Under the pieces are notes generated by a model. The model did no database searches, had not been told where the DNA came from, and saw nothing but the letters and a program-made list of their open reading frames with translations. DNA of 64,000 nt from the NCBI GenBank assembly GCA_965116815.1, contig OZ220722.1, forward strand, positions 2,293,941 to 2,357,940. Reading direction: 5' to 3'. Origin of the DNA: Candidatus Poribacteria bacterium (GTDB lineage: Bacteria; Poribacteria; WGA-4E; WGA-3G). This document shows, piece by piece, positions 10,901 to 20,175 of this stretch; the first letter of the stretch is position 1, and every line of letters starts with the position of its first letter. The position numbers and the translations under genes are program-made.

Positions 10901-11917
10901 ATGCAAACTCATGTCTATCTCTCCATAGCAGGAGAAAACAGAATCGCCATTTACACGTATGATGCCTCTAATGGCGGCATCGAACTTCAGGAAAACATCA
11001 ACGTTACGGGTTCTCCAGGTCCCTTAGCACTCTCACCGTGTGGTAACTACTTGTATGCTGGTCTACGCTCCAGTCGCGAAATCGCAAGTTTCCGTATTGA
11101 CGAAGAGACAAAACACCTCTCACACTTGCGGACAGTCCAGTTAGACGCGGATACGTGTTATATTGCGCCAGACAAAACCGGTAATTTCCTGCTTTCCGCC
11201 TATTACGGTGCTGGCAAAGTTACTGTACATACAATCGGCGACGATAAAACCGTTCAAGGTGAACCGCTTCAGACCGTCGAAACCGATATACACGCCCACT
11301 GTGTCGAAACAGATGCCTCAAACCGATTTGCTTTTGTGCCACACACTGTCCCTCGAAACGCTATCTACCAGTTCCATTTTAACGAGGATACAGGCGTACT
11401 TACGCAAAACCCTGTAGGAAATCTCAATCCGGGTGCACCGATTGGACCCCGGCATTTCTGCTTTCATCCGAACAAACCGGTCCTCTATTTTTCAAATGAA
11501 CAGGGATCAAGTGTCTCCGCATACACCCTTCAGGAAGGAGGAGACCACCCCGGAATCTTAGTAGACTTACAGGACGATCTCTCTACGCTCCCCGCAGATT
11601 TTGATGCAGATAATACTTGTGCGCAGATTCACATCGACCCACAAGGAACGTTTCTCTACGTCTCTAATCGCGGGCACGACAGCATCGCAGGATTCGCAAT
11701 TGACGAGGACAGCGGCAAATTAAGTGCTGTCGGACATCAACTGACCGAGCCGACACCACGCGTTTTTAATATCGACGGAACTGGCAATTATCTCTTTGTC
11801 GGTGGTCAGGGTTCAGGACAACTCGCTACCTACCGCATCAATCGGGAAAGTGGCGCGTTGTCTCCTCTCACCACCTATGCTGTTGGCGAAAACCCTATGT
11901 GGGTGCTTTTTGTATAG
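10901..11917 (+). CDS. 7-bladed beta-propeller lactonase (6-phosphogluconolactonase / YbhE-Pgl-like)
   Basis: Lactonase-family pattern: repeated ...GxxPRHF.F.P.G..LYV.NE.., and YVSNRGHDSIAGFAID. Confidence 0.6.
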   Translation: MQTHVYLSIAGENRIAIYTYDASNGGIELQENINVTGSPGPLALSPCGNYLYAGLRSSREIASFRIDEETKHLSHLRTVQLDADTCYIAPDKTGNFLLSAYYGAGKVTVHTIGDDKTVQGEPLQTVETDIHAHCVETDASNRFAFVPHTVPRNAIYQFHFNEDTGVLTQNPVGNLNPGAPIGPRHFCFHPNKPVLYFSNEQGSSVSAYTLQEGGDHPGILVDLQDDLSTLPADFDADNTCAQIHIDPQGTFLYVSNRGHDSIAGFAIDEDSGKLSAVGHQLTEPTPRVFNIDGTGNYLFVGGQGSGQLATYRINRESGALSPLTTYAVGENPMWVLFV

Positions 11918-11927
11918 AAAGAGGAAA

Positions 11928-12542
11928 ATGGCACGACGCGGAATTTTTATTACATTTGAAGGCATAGAAGGCGCAGGGAAGACGACGCAATCAGAACGTT
12001 TAGCAACCGCTCTGGGACCGGACATTGTACTCACCCGTGAACCTGGGGGCACACACATTTCTGAACGGATTCGCGATCTCTTCCTGACATCAGACGGAAT
12101 AACGCCGATGACAGAGTTGTTGCTGATAGCTGCTGCACGCACACAACACGTCACTGAACTCATACGTCCCGCATTACACGCGAAGCGAACCGTCATCTGT
12201 GATAGGTTTATTGATGCTACTGTGGCGTATCAAGGCTATCGCGGGGGCATCGACCTTGCGTTTATTCACCAATTAAACCACACTGCTACTGACGGCTTGA
12301 CACCTGACATCACCTTTATCCTCGATCTATCTCCAGAGATAGGACTATCACGCCAACAGCAAGGCGGCGTGCAGCGCGATCGCCTGGACAGAGAGTCGTT
12401 GGAATCGCATCGGAAGGTTCGCGAGGGATACCTATCCGTCGCGAAAGCGAACCCACATCGTATCAAATTGATAGACGCTACACAGCCTGCAGATGCTGTC
12501 CACGCTGCGATCTTAGCTGAATATCAAGATTACGCATGGTAA
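11928..12542 (+). CDS. tmk: thymidylate kinase
   Basis: MARRGIFITFEGIEGAGKTTQ (P-loop), a DRF/DRY motif and the LID region. The ORF-track extension back to 11796 overlaps the lactonase and was rejected. Confidence 0.85.
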   Translation: MARRGIFITFEGIEGAGKTTQSERLATALGPDIVLTREPGGTHISERIRDLFLTSDGITPMTELLLIAAARTQHVTELIRPALHAKRTVICDRFIDATVAYQGYRGGIDLAFIHQLNHTATDGLTPDITFILDLSPEIGLSRQQQGGVQRDRLDRESLESHRKVREGYLSVAKANPHRIKLIDATQPADAVHAAILAEYQDYAW

Positions 12543-12691
12543 GCGATGAAACTCTTGTAAAGTGTGCGAAAGTTATGAATGCCTCGCAGTGAGAGTAAAG
12601 TTGAAAGAGGCTTCTGGTGCAATAACAACTTTAGATCCCTTTGCAACTTCGTTGACTTTGCAACTTTCTTACTTTCCTCTTGGAAGGAAAA

Positions 12692-13648
12692 ATGCAAAAT
12701 CCAATCATTGGACACCAACAAATTGTCGAACAACTCCAACGAACTGTCGCCTCGGATCGTATTGCTGGAGCATACCTTTTCTATGGACCGGAAGGTGTTG
12801 GCAAGGAAACGGTCGCTCGCTATTTTGCACAACTCATCCTTTGCGAACAAGAAACACAACCACCGACGGTGTGCGGAACGTGTCTCGCCTGTCGGAAGAT
12901 AGATTCAGGCAACCATCCTGACCTACAATTCATTCATCCTGAAGGGCGTCAGTTGAAGATCGGACAAATCCGAGAATTGCAGAAACAGATTATCTATGAG
13001 CCCCTTGAAGCGAGTCGAAAAATCTATATTTTGGCAGACACGGAACGGATGAACGCAGAGGCTGAGAACTGCCTGCTCAAGACACTGGAGGAGCCACCTG
13101 CAGCCTCAGTTTTAATTCTGCTTACATCAAACATCCAAGCATTGCTCCCTACGACCCGTTCTCGGTGCCAAATCCTCCAATTTCACCCAATGCCGACACA
13201 AGCGTTAGCAGAAATCTTGATGGATAAATTTTCGGTCGCGCCAGATCAAGCAACGACGCTTGCCATTGCGGCGGATGGCGCGATAGGAAAAGCACTCACG
13301 CAACTTGAAAAAGGCGAGGTACACACTGAAAGCGTTCCAGAAGTCCTCAAGGAGACAAATTTATTAGCCGCTTTCAGACTTGCTGAAGACTTCAAAGATA
13401 ATCCAGAGACTTTAAGTGAGCTGGTGACTTGGTATCGCGATCTTCTCTTTTTACAACAGGGCGCGCCCAGCGAACTCATAACACACTTTCACTTCCTTGA
13501 CGAACTCCGAGCGATTGTTCCCCGCTACTCTCGACTGCGCATACAGCAAGCCATCCAGACTATCTTTGACACCAAATCCCTCATCGAAAACACAAACACA
13601 AACGCTACCTTGGCTTTAGAGATAATGTGTTTGAAGTTACTCAAATAA
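12692..13648 (+). CDS. holB: DNA polymerase III delta-prime subunit
   Basis: AAA+ clamp-loader fold with the HAYLF.GP.G.GK motif and a Zn module CGTCLAC. The tmk-holB order is the conserved one. Confidence 0.8.
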   Translation: MQNPIIGHQQIVEQLQRTVASDRIAGAYLFYGPEGVGKETVARYFAQLILCEQETQPPTVCGTCLACRKIDSGNHPDLQFIHPEGRQLKIGQIRELQKQIIYEPLEASRKIYILADTERMNAEAENCLLKTLEEPPAASVLILLTSNIQALLPTTRSRCQILQFHPMPTQALAEILMDKFSVAPDQATTLAIAADGAIGKALTQLEKGEVHTESVPEVLKETNLLAAFRLAEDFKDNPETLSELVTWYRDLLFLQQGAPSELITHFHFLDELRAIVPRYSRLRIQQAIQTIFDTKSLIENTNTNATLALEIMCLKLLK

Positions 13649-13799
13649 GTTTACCTTCCTTTGATGACGAACTACCGACTGCGGACTGCTGATAGCCAAG
13701 AAACAGAGATTGACAAACGGGTTTCCTGATGGTATAATTTCTTAACGAATGAGTCAATGCCGACTGAACGGGAACCGCAAAAAAACAGAAGGAAATACA

Positions 13800-15695
13800 A
13801 TGAGCGCATTTTACATCACCACACCCATCTACTACGTCAACGATGAACCGCATGCGGGACACGGTTATAGTACCATTGTCGCAGATACTTTGGCGCGCTA
13901 TCACCGCCTCAAAGGCGATGAGGTTTTCTTTTTGACCGGCGTTGATGAGCATGGTGCAAAGATACATAAAGCCGCTGAAGAAGCAGGACTTACCCCGCAA
14001 GATTATTGCGATAAAATAGCACCTACATTTATCAAATTTTGGAAACGGCTGAATATCTCGCACGACGTCTTCATGCGTACGACAAGCGATATGCACAAGC
14101 GCGGCGCAGCGAAATTCCTCACCGCCCTCTACGACAGTGGGGATGTCTACAAAGGGGCTTATAAAGGATACTATTGCCTCCCATGTGAGCGGTTTGTTCC
14201 TGAAAAAGAATTGACGGACGAAAAAATCTGCCCGATTCATAAATTGCCCCTGGAATGGCTCGAAGAGGAAAACTATTTCTTTAGACTCTCCAAGTATCAA
14301 GATCGCTTACTCGCGCATTTCCACGAGAATCCTGACTTTGTCTACCCCGCAGCCCGGCGCAATGAGCTCCTGAGCGTCCTCAACTCTGGATTGGAAGATA
14401 TAAGCATATCTCGCTCCTCTGTCTCATGGGGAATCTCTTTACCGTTTGATCCTGAGCATATCGTCTACGTCTGGATTGAAGCATTGATGAATTATATGAC
14501 AGCACTTGGTTATGAAACTGATAGTGAGCAGTATCGCACTTTTTGGCCCGCTGATGTCCACATGATGGGGAAGGACATCACCCGCTTCCATGCGCTGATC
14601 TGGCCCGCAATGTTGATGGCTGTAGACTTGCCACTACCCAAGCAGATTGTCGCACACGGGATGATGACGAAAGATGGCGAAGCGTTGAGTAAAACGCGAG
14701 GTATTTTCGTTGACCTGGATGCAGACATCGCGCAATACGGATTGGATGCGTTCCGCTATTACCTTCTGCGTGAATTTAGTTTCGGCAACGATGGTGATTA
14801 CCGCCCTGCCCGTTTGCACGCCCGCTACAACGCCGATCTCGCGAACGATCTCGGTAACCTGCTCAATCGTGTTCTCGGTTTAGTCAACAAGAACTTTGAA
14901 GGGATTCCCACGCCGACAACACCGGGGGAATTCGACGATGAAATCGAAGCGATCGCGCAGACCACTATTGATCAATTAGACGCGCATATAAGCGCGTTCG
15001 CGTTCGACGCTGCGTTGGAAACCATCTGGGAGTTTGTCCGGCGTATCAATCGGTATGTCCAACAGACACAGGTCTGGACGCTGGCAAAGCCGGAGACGAA
15101 ACCGAGAATGGGCACCATCCTTTACAATAGTTTGGAGGCATTACGGTTCATCTCTGTGCTCATATCGCCTTTTGTTCCAGATACTGCTGAGAAAATTCAG
15201 ACACAGATCGGTCTGCCGGAATTTGATACCGTTGCCGAATGGGGACATTTGCCCGCAGGACTAACGGTCAGCAGAGGCGAACCTATTTTCCCGCGCGTTG
15301 ATACTAAACAGCAGAAACAGCCGCAACCGAAAACGGAAGCCGAACCGAAACAGAAAAAGACAGAAAAAACAAGCACCCTTATCTCCTTTGCTGATTTCCA
15401 AAAGTTGGATCTTCGGGTGGCATGTATCCTCGCTGCTGAGTCAATTGAAGGGACTGACCGGCTTCTCAAATTGCAGGTTGACCTCGGCACAGAGAAACGA
15501 CAACTGATCGCTGGGATTGCCGAACACTATACGCCAGAGGCATTGATAGGGAAACAGGTGATAGTCGTCGTGAACTTAGAACCCGCCACCATTCGCGGCG
15601 TTGAGTCGCAAGGTATGGTTCTCGCGGGGAGTGGTGACTCCGTGGTTTTGGCAACTCTTGAAACAGAAATGCCGCTCGGCACACAAATAAAATAG
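13800..15695 (+). CDS. metG: methionine--tRNA ligase (with a C-terminal EMAP/Trbp111-like tRNA-binding domain)
   Basis: Class I HAGH (HIGH) motif and KMSKS-like KTRG. The C-terminal LDLRVACI...KLQVDLG is the OB-fold tRNA-binding domain. Confidence 0.92.
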   Translation: MSAFYITTPIYYVNDEPHAGHGYSTIVADTLARYHRLKGDEVFFLTGVDEHGAKIHKAAEEAGLTPQDYCDKIAPTFIKFWKRLNISHDVFMRTTSDMHKRGAAKFLTALYDSGDVYKGAYKGYYCLPCERFVPEKELTDEKICPIHKLPLEWLEEENYFFRLSKYQDRLLAHFHENPDFVYPAARRNELLSVLNSGLEDISISRSSVSWGISLPFDPEHIVYVWIEALMNYMTALGYETDSEQYRTFWPADVHMMGKDITRFHALIWPAMLMAVDLPLPKQIVAHGMMTKDGEALSKTRGIFVDLDADIAQYGLDAFRYYLLREFSFGNDGDYRPARLHARYNADLANDLGNLLNRVLGLVNKNFEGIPTPTTPGEFDDEIEAIAQTTIDQLDAHISAFAFDAALETIWEFVRRINRYVQQTQVWTLAKPETKPRMGTILYNSLEALRFISVLISPFVPDTAEKIQTQIGLPEFDTVAEWGHLPAGLTVSRGEPIFPRVDTKQQKQPQPKTEAEPKQKKTEKTSTLISFADFQKLDLRVACILAAESIEGTDRLLKLQVDLGTEKRQLIAGIAEHYTPEALIGKQVIVVVNLEPATIRGVESQGMVLAGSGDSVVLATLETEMPLGTQIK

Positions 15696-15720
15696 TAGGC
15701 ACTCCGTGTGCCGTGACAAA

Positions 15721-18700
15721 ATGCGAGATATAGAAAACATCCTTAAAACCCGCATTGAAAACGATGAGGCGAACACCTTTGTCGTCATTGTACCGACCGA
15801 TTCTGCGCGTTTGAAACGTCAGCGCGAATTGGTCGGTTATCACCGAAACAGGGCAGTCGCCAATTTGCGTGTGTATAATATTGAAAATTTTGTGCAGCGG
15901 TTATATACGCAAGTACGCCCGTCGAGACAACATATTTCGCAAGGACTCCAAACCCTTTGGCTCCATGAAATCGCGAATAATACCGATGCCTACCGTTATG
16001 AGGTGTTCCGACCAAGCCAAGACATTTCGGTGCCGGATAGCACACTCTCCCTCATCGCAGACACAATTAATCGCCTCAGAGAACGCGGCGAGACACCCCA
16101 AAATATTATAAGAGATAATCCGACCCGGATTGACCTCGCTCACATTTATAACGATTATGAGGCAAAACTTGAGGATCGCTGGATCGATGAGCAGGGTAGG
16201 CACCTGTACCTTGCTAACAATTTCAATCCACGGTTTATGAGCAACGCATTTCCCCGAGTCAATCTTGTTGTTGTTGAAGGTTTCACTGTGCTTTCTCAGG
16301 CTGACATTAAAATCTTGACGCGCATCTCCGAGATGCCTAACTTAGAGATGTGGTTCCGCACCGACTGTGTTGAAGAAAATGAGAATCTCTATAAAAATAT
16401 TACCAAGCTCGTCTCGCAATTTAAAGCCGTAGACGTCCAGATTGATACAACCTATGCGCGTGAACCCAGTCTACATCAACGTTTTGCTGATAACCTGTTT
16501 CAATTGGATACTGCCAAGGCAACTTCGGTTCCAAATTCCGATACGGCGTTTCAGATTAGGTTATTGGAACCAGCCGACCGTTCGGCAGAGGTGGCGCAGA
16601 TCGCACACCATATCCAAAAACATGTCTCAGAAGGGGACTGCAAACTCAGTGACATCTGTGTTGCGTATTACAATGTGGGGTATTATCAACAGCGAATCGC
16701 CGAGACTTTTCCTGCTTACGGCATCCCTTATTCGCTTGTTGAAAGTATACCGCTAACAAAGTCAGAGGTCGTCAAAGCGATCTTTTCCCGCCTTTCATCG
16801 CGCCGAGTCCCACTAAACGATGTCTATTTTGGCACAGATTGCAAGCCAAAACTTGCGACAGAAAAGCCTGATGTTGAGCCTGCATCGCACACACGTCTAT
16901 TTCAACCTATCGAGTTTCAGGAATATGTTGACGACTTGCTTGCAGATGGTGCGGTTGTCAAGCATATTCTAAATCCTATGCTCGGACAGAACCGGGAAAT
17001 CGTTGAAGGAGAGGTTGAGGCGTATCGCCAATTCAATAGGATTGTCAAGGAGCTTTGCGAAGTATTAAAATCGGAAGGAAATGAGACTGATTTCCTTGAC
17101 AACTATATTGAAAAACTTTACTACATTGCAAGGCATACAAATTATCGAAATAGGGCGGCACCAAGCGGAGAGGTTGTGAGGATTGTTCAACTTGGTGAAC
17201 TCAGAAGTTTAGAATTTGATACCGTCTTTCTGGGTGATTTTGTAGAGGGTCGGTTCCCCGAAAATTATCGTCCAGATCCGTTGCTACCAGACACTCCTTA
17301 TCGTACTGAGGAGGAGCAACTGCACGATAATCGGTTCATGTTCTATCGAGTCCTCAAATCTTTTCGTAAGCGACTTTACCTGCTTGTACCACAACGTGAA
17401 CGTGAATCGGAACTAATCCCCTCTCCTTTTCTTGGGGAATTAAAAGCAATCGCCGACGTTCAGACGATTGACGTAGGGAATCCTGAACAAGGCAGTGTTC
17501 CCGGTTTTCTCAGCACATACGGCAACCACGTATGGACTACACCTACACCATCCAACCAAGAATTCCCAGATAACTTAGCAGACATGCGTTCTCTGATAGA
17601 CCATGTAATTGGGGTTGAAAAGAGCCGCGAGGAAACACATGAGCATTTGGCTTATGAAGGAATGTTAGCGGCTGAAATGCTTTCTGCCCAAAGCCAATTA
17701 CGGTTGGAAAATCGGCGGCGGAAAGTTTATTCCGTCACAGAATTGGAAACTTACGCGAAGTGTCCGTTTCAGTACTTTGTTGATAGTGTTTTGAGGTTCC
17801 ATATCGAAGAGGACGAAACGGAGGATGAGTTATCCAGCCTTGAAAGAGGATCATTGCTTCATGATGTTCTCCGCGCATTCTACAACAGCCGCCGCGAACA
17901 AGGATATCCGAGTATCGGACAATGTAGCGAGGAGGTTTTTGAGGACGCGAAAAAGCAATTAGCTGAAATATTAAATACCAAATCTGAGGAACACCGCAGC
18001 AAGCGCACTGAGACCCCTATCGGCGAGGGTAACCTCTTTTGGGAAATGGACATAGAGAAACTTCGCGTTGCTCTCCATAAGTGGCTTAAAGCGGAACGTA
18101 CCTATGGTTTACCCGTTATTCCGCGCTACTTTGAAGTTAACTTCGGTCAATCGGATGAACTGGCAGATTTGGAACTTGATTGTACGAAACCAATCCGCAT
18201 CGGTGACGTGCGGATGAAGGGCAGAATTGACCGCATTGATATTGGCAACGGTGCCTTTAATATTATCGACTATAAAACTGGCAGCTCCACAATTAGAATG
18301 CCGGAGATCCTTAATGGACGGAGTCTCCAACTCCCCATCTACCTTCAAATCACAGAGAAACTGCTGGAGGACCATGGACTAACAGGGCTAGACTCGGCGG
18401 CGGGACTCTATCATAAAATCAGGCTGGACCAATGTACAGTTGAACTCGGTATTGGCAAGGAGTCTTTAAACGAAGTCGCTTATAGTGCTTACAACGGCAC
18501 AGACTGGAGGTCGGTGGGTTCCAGAAGTGGTCAGCTGCTGGATGATGAACTGTTCGACGAACGGCTCGCCCGGACCCGTGGCTATGTTCAACAGTACGTT
18601 GACAGTATCTCTAAGGGGAAATTTCCGCTCATCACGCGCGTCAAAACCTTTTCGGTGTCTGAAGATGAATCTGAAGAAGATGATTTTATAGAGACTGATG

Positions 18701-18840
18701 AATATGGCTTTGTAGATTCTGAAGAGGACGGTGACAAGCCCCTTACCCCCCGTAACAAAACGGAACCCTGTAGTTATTGTACCTATAAGCGTGTATGCCG
18801 TGTTGGTGTAATTTCTGAAGTAAGCCAATCGGATGATTAG
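15721..18840 (+). CDS. AddB-like PD-(D/E)XK nuclease family protein (inactivated helicase-like N-terminal region plus a C-terminal Cas4/AddB-type Fe-S nuclease domain)
   Basis: C-terminal GRIDRIDIG...IIDYKTG nuclease motifs. Cys ligands CPFQYF plus a terminal CSYCTYKRVC. No Walker A. No AddA/helicase partner is adjacent. Confidence 0.55.
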   Translation: MRDIENILKTRIENDEANTFVVIVPTDSARLKRQRELVGYHRNRAVANLRVYNIENFVQRLYTQVRPSRQHISQGLQTLWLHEIANNTDAYRYEVFRPSQDISVPDSTLSLIADTINRLRERGETPQNIIRDNPTRIDLAHIYNDYEAKLEDRWIDEQGRHLYLANNFNPRFMSNAFPRVNLVVVEGFTVLSQADIKILTRISEMPNLEMWFRTDCVEENENLYKNITKLVSQFKAVDVQIDTTYAREPSLHQRFADNLFQLDTAKATSVPNSDTAFQIRLLEPADRSAEVAQIAHHIQKHVSEGDCKLSDICVAYYNVGYYQQRIAETFPAYGIPYSLVESIPLTKSEVVKAIFSRLSSRRVPLNDVYFGTDCKPKLATEKPDVEPASHTRLFQPIEFQEYVDDLLADGAVVKHILNPMLGQNREIVEGEVEAYRQFNRIVKELCEVLKSEGNETDFLDNYIEKLYYIARHTNYRNRAAPSGEVVRIVQLGELRSLEFDTVFLGDFVEGRFPENYRPDPLLPDTPYRTEEEQLHDNRFMFYRVLKSFRKRLYLLVPQRERESELIPSPFLGELKAIADVQTIDVGNPEQGSVPGFLSTYGNHVWTTPTPSNQEFPDNLADMRSLIDHVIGVEKSREETHEHLAYEGMLAAEMLSAQSQLRLENRRRKVYSVTELETYAKCPFQYFVDSVLRFHIEEDETEDELSSLERGSLLHDVLRAFYNSRREQGYPSIGQCSEEVFEDAKKQLAEILNTKSEEHRSKRTETPIGEGNLFWEMDIEKLRVALHKWLKAERTYGLPVIPRYFEVNFGQSDELADLELDCTKPIRIGDVRMKGRIDRIDIGNGAFNIIDYKTGSSTIRMPEILNGRSLQLPIYLQITEKLLEDHGLTGLDSAAGLYHKIRLDQCTVELGIGKESLNEVAYSAYNGTDWRSVGSRSGQLLDDELFDERLARTRGYVQQYVDSISKGKFPLITRVKTFSVSEDESEEDDFIETDEYGFVDSEEDGDKPLTPRNKTEPCSYCTYKRVCRVGVISEVSQSDD

Positions 18841-18897
18841 CCTTCCATCCACCGTTTTCCACTAACGATGTTTGAAATCTCACCTTTCAGAAAAAAC

Positions 18898-18926
18898 TTG
18901 CACACTTCTGATAAATCTGTTATACT
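18898..18926 (+). promoter_or_regulatory. putative sigma70-like promoter of the SOD gene (TTGCAC - 17 nt - TATACT)
   Basis: A -35/-10-like hexamer pair with 17-nt spacing, about 90 nt upstream of the ATG. The promoter consensus of this lineage is unknown. Confidence 0.3.
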
Positions 18927-19017
18927 TTCTTAGATTTTTTAAGAACTTTGCTTGCACGCCCGTTAGCGCAAAACTCGCAAGCACATGTGAAAGAACAAAA
19001 TAGGAGGCTATTTTTAA

Positions 19018-19623
19018 ATGGCACATACATTACCAGCGCTCCCTTATGCACACGATGCTTTGGAACCGCACATTGACACACAAACAATGGAAATCCATCA
19101 CGGCAAACACCATCAGGGTTATGTCAACAACCTCAACGCTGCCTTAGAGGGACTCGGTGATCTCGCCGATATGGGTGTTCACGAACTGCTCGGCAATCTT
19201 GATCAAGTTCCAGAAGACAAGCGTCAAGCCGTCATCAACAACGGCGGCGGACACGCCAATCATTCACTCTTTTGGTCCATCATGAGCCCTAACAGTGGTG
19301 AGCCGGGCGGAGAAATTGCAGCGGCGATAACCTCTACCTTTGGATCACTTGAAGCGGCGAAAGAGGAGTTTACAACTGCCGCAACGACACGCTTCGGTTC
19401 TGGCTGGGCATGGCTCGTCCTTGGTGACAGTGGGTTGGAAATCTATTCCACAGCGAATCAGGACAGCCCAATCATGCAGGGACATACTCCACTTCTCGGT
19501 ATTGATGTCTGGGAACACGCATACTATCTGAAATACCAGAACCTCCGTCCTGCTTACGTTGAGGCGTGGGGGAACGTTATCAACTGGACCCGAGTCAACG
19601 AACTCTATGTGGCGAATGCCTAA
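19018..19623 (+). CDS. sodA: Fe/Mn superoxide dismutase
   Basis: N-terminal LP.LPYA.DALEP.I...HH.KHH..YV and C-terminal D.WEHAYY metal-ligand motifs. Confidence 0.93.
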   Translation: MAHTLPALPYAHDALEPHIDTQTMEIHHGKHHQGYVNNLNAALEGLGDLADMGVHELLGNLDQVPEDKRQAVINNGGGHANHSLFWSIMSPNSGEPGGEIAAAITSTFGSLEAAKEEFTTAATTRFGSGWAWLVLGDSGLEIYSTANQDSPIMQGHTPLLGIDVWEHAYYLKYQNLRPAYVEAWGNVINWTRVNELYVANA

Positions 19624-19644
19624 CTTTTCGCAACAAGTTTAGGA

Positions 19645-19698
19645 TTTTGGGAGGGGTAGGCGCGAACAGCGTTTCAGACCTACCCTTTACTCCCAAAA
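19645..19698 (+). terminator. long hairpin (TTTTGGGAGGGGTAGG ... CCTACCCTTTACTCCCAAAA) just after the sodA stop. Probable terminator.
   Basis: A 16-20 bp imperfect inverted repeat about 20 nt after the stop. It lacks a clean T-run. Confidence 0.45.
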
Positions 19699-19874
19699 TA
19701 GCGGAGGTCTGCTGAATTAAGTTTTTTTGACATCGTTCTTTAAATGTGTTATACTTAAAGAGGAAATATAATGCTTTCAGCATGGCCGTGAAACTTACTA
19801 AAACGGCGTGCGTAATTAACATCTAAATAGATTACCCAAAAAAGGCGTTGAAGGGGAGGAGTAAGTCGTCTGGG

Positions 19875-20125
19875 CTTGCGAGAGATGGAGACTCATCGGC
19901 TGAAAGGTCTCCTCAAGTTTCCACGACTGAAGGTCGCCCCGGAGCTGCTCATCTGAACAACTGTAGCAATAAGTAAGGTGAGTCGGTGTGATGCCCGTTA
20001 TCGCATCCCAAAGAGTGCTCTTTCTCGGTAAATGAAAATGAGAAAGGGAATTGGAGTGGTACCACGGTAAGGTCAGTGCAAATGTCCTTCTCGTCTCCAT
20101 GTTTGGAACGAGAAGGTTTTTTAAT
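19875..20125 (+). ncRNA. candidate T-box riboswitch leader (Leu specifier CUC?) with an intrinsic terminator, upstream of ilvB-ilvN-ilvC
   Basis: The boxes occur in the canonical order. AGAGA (AG box) is at about 19881. GCUGA (GNUGA box) is at about 19899. CUCA lies 3' of the distal hairpin at about 19912. CCGUUA (F box) is at about 19995. AAUUGGAGUGGUACCACGG, at about 20049-20067, matches the T-box consensus AAUUAGGGUGGUACCGCGG at 16 of 19 positions. The terminator CCTTCTCGT-loop-ACGAGAAGG + T6 is at about 20086-20122. Confidence 0.5.
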
Positions 20126-20175
20126 TTCAACGACTCCCGTAGGGACGATCCCTACAATTCATGAGGAAAATTGGC

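Noticed and set aside
11796-11927. N-terminal extension of tmk back to 11796 (and of hppA back to 3178, holB to 12680, metG to 13749, ilvD to 6243, the ECF sigma to 37929, the SBP to 41492)
   Set aside because: The extensions overlap the preceding gene or a conserved non-coding element. They start with non-ATG codons and precede a canonical family N-terminus with its own RBS. Internal starts were chosen.
19816-20130. Classical leader-peptide attenuator for ilvBNC. A 23-aa peptide METHRLKGLLKFPRLKVAPELLI could be read at about 19894-19965, ahead of the terminator.
   Set aside because: The peptide has no run of consecutive Leu/Ile/Val codons, and the region instead contains AG, GNUGA, F and T-box motifs in canonical order. 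The T-box model explains the terminator better. The 104-aa reverse ORF 19816-20130 has no support.
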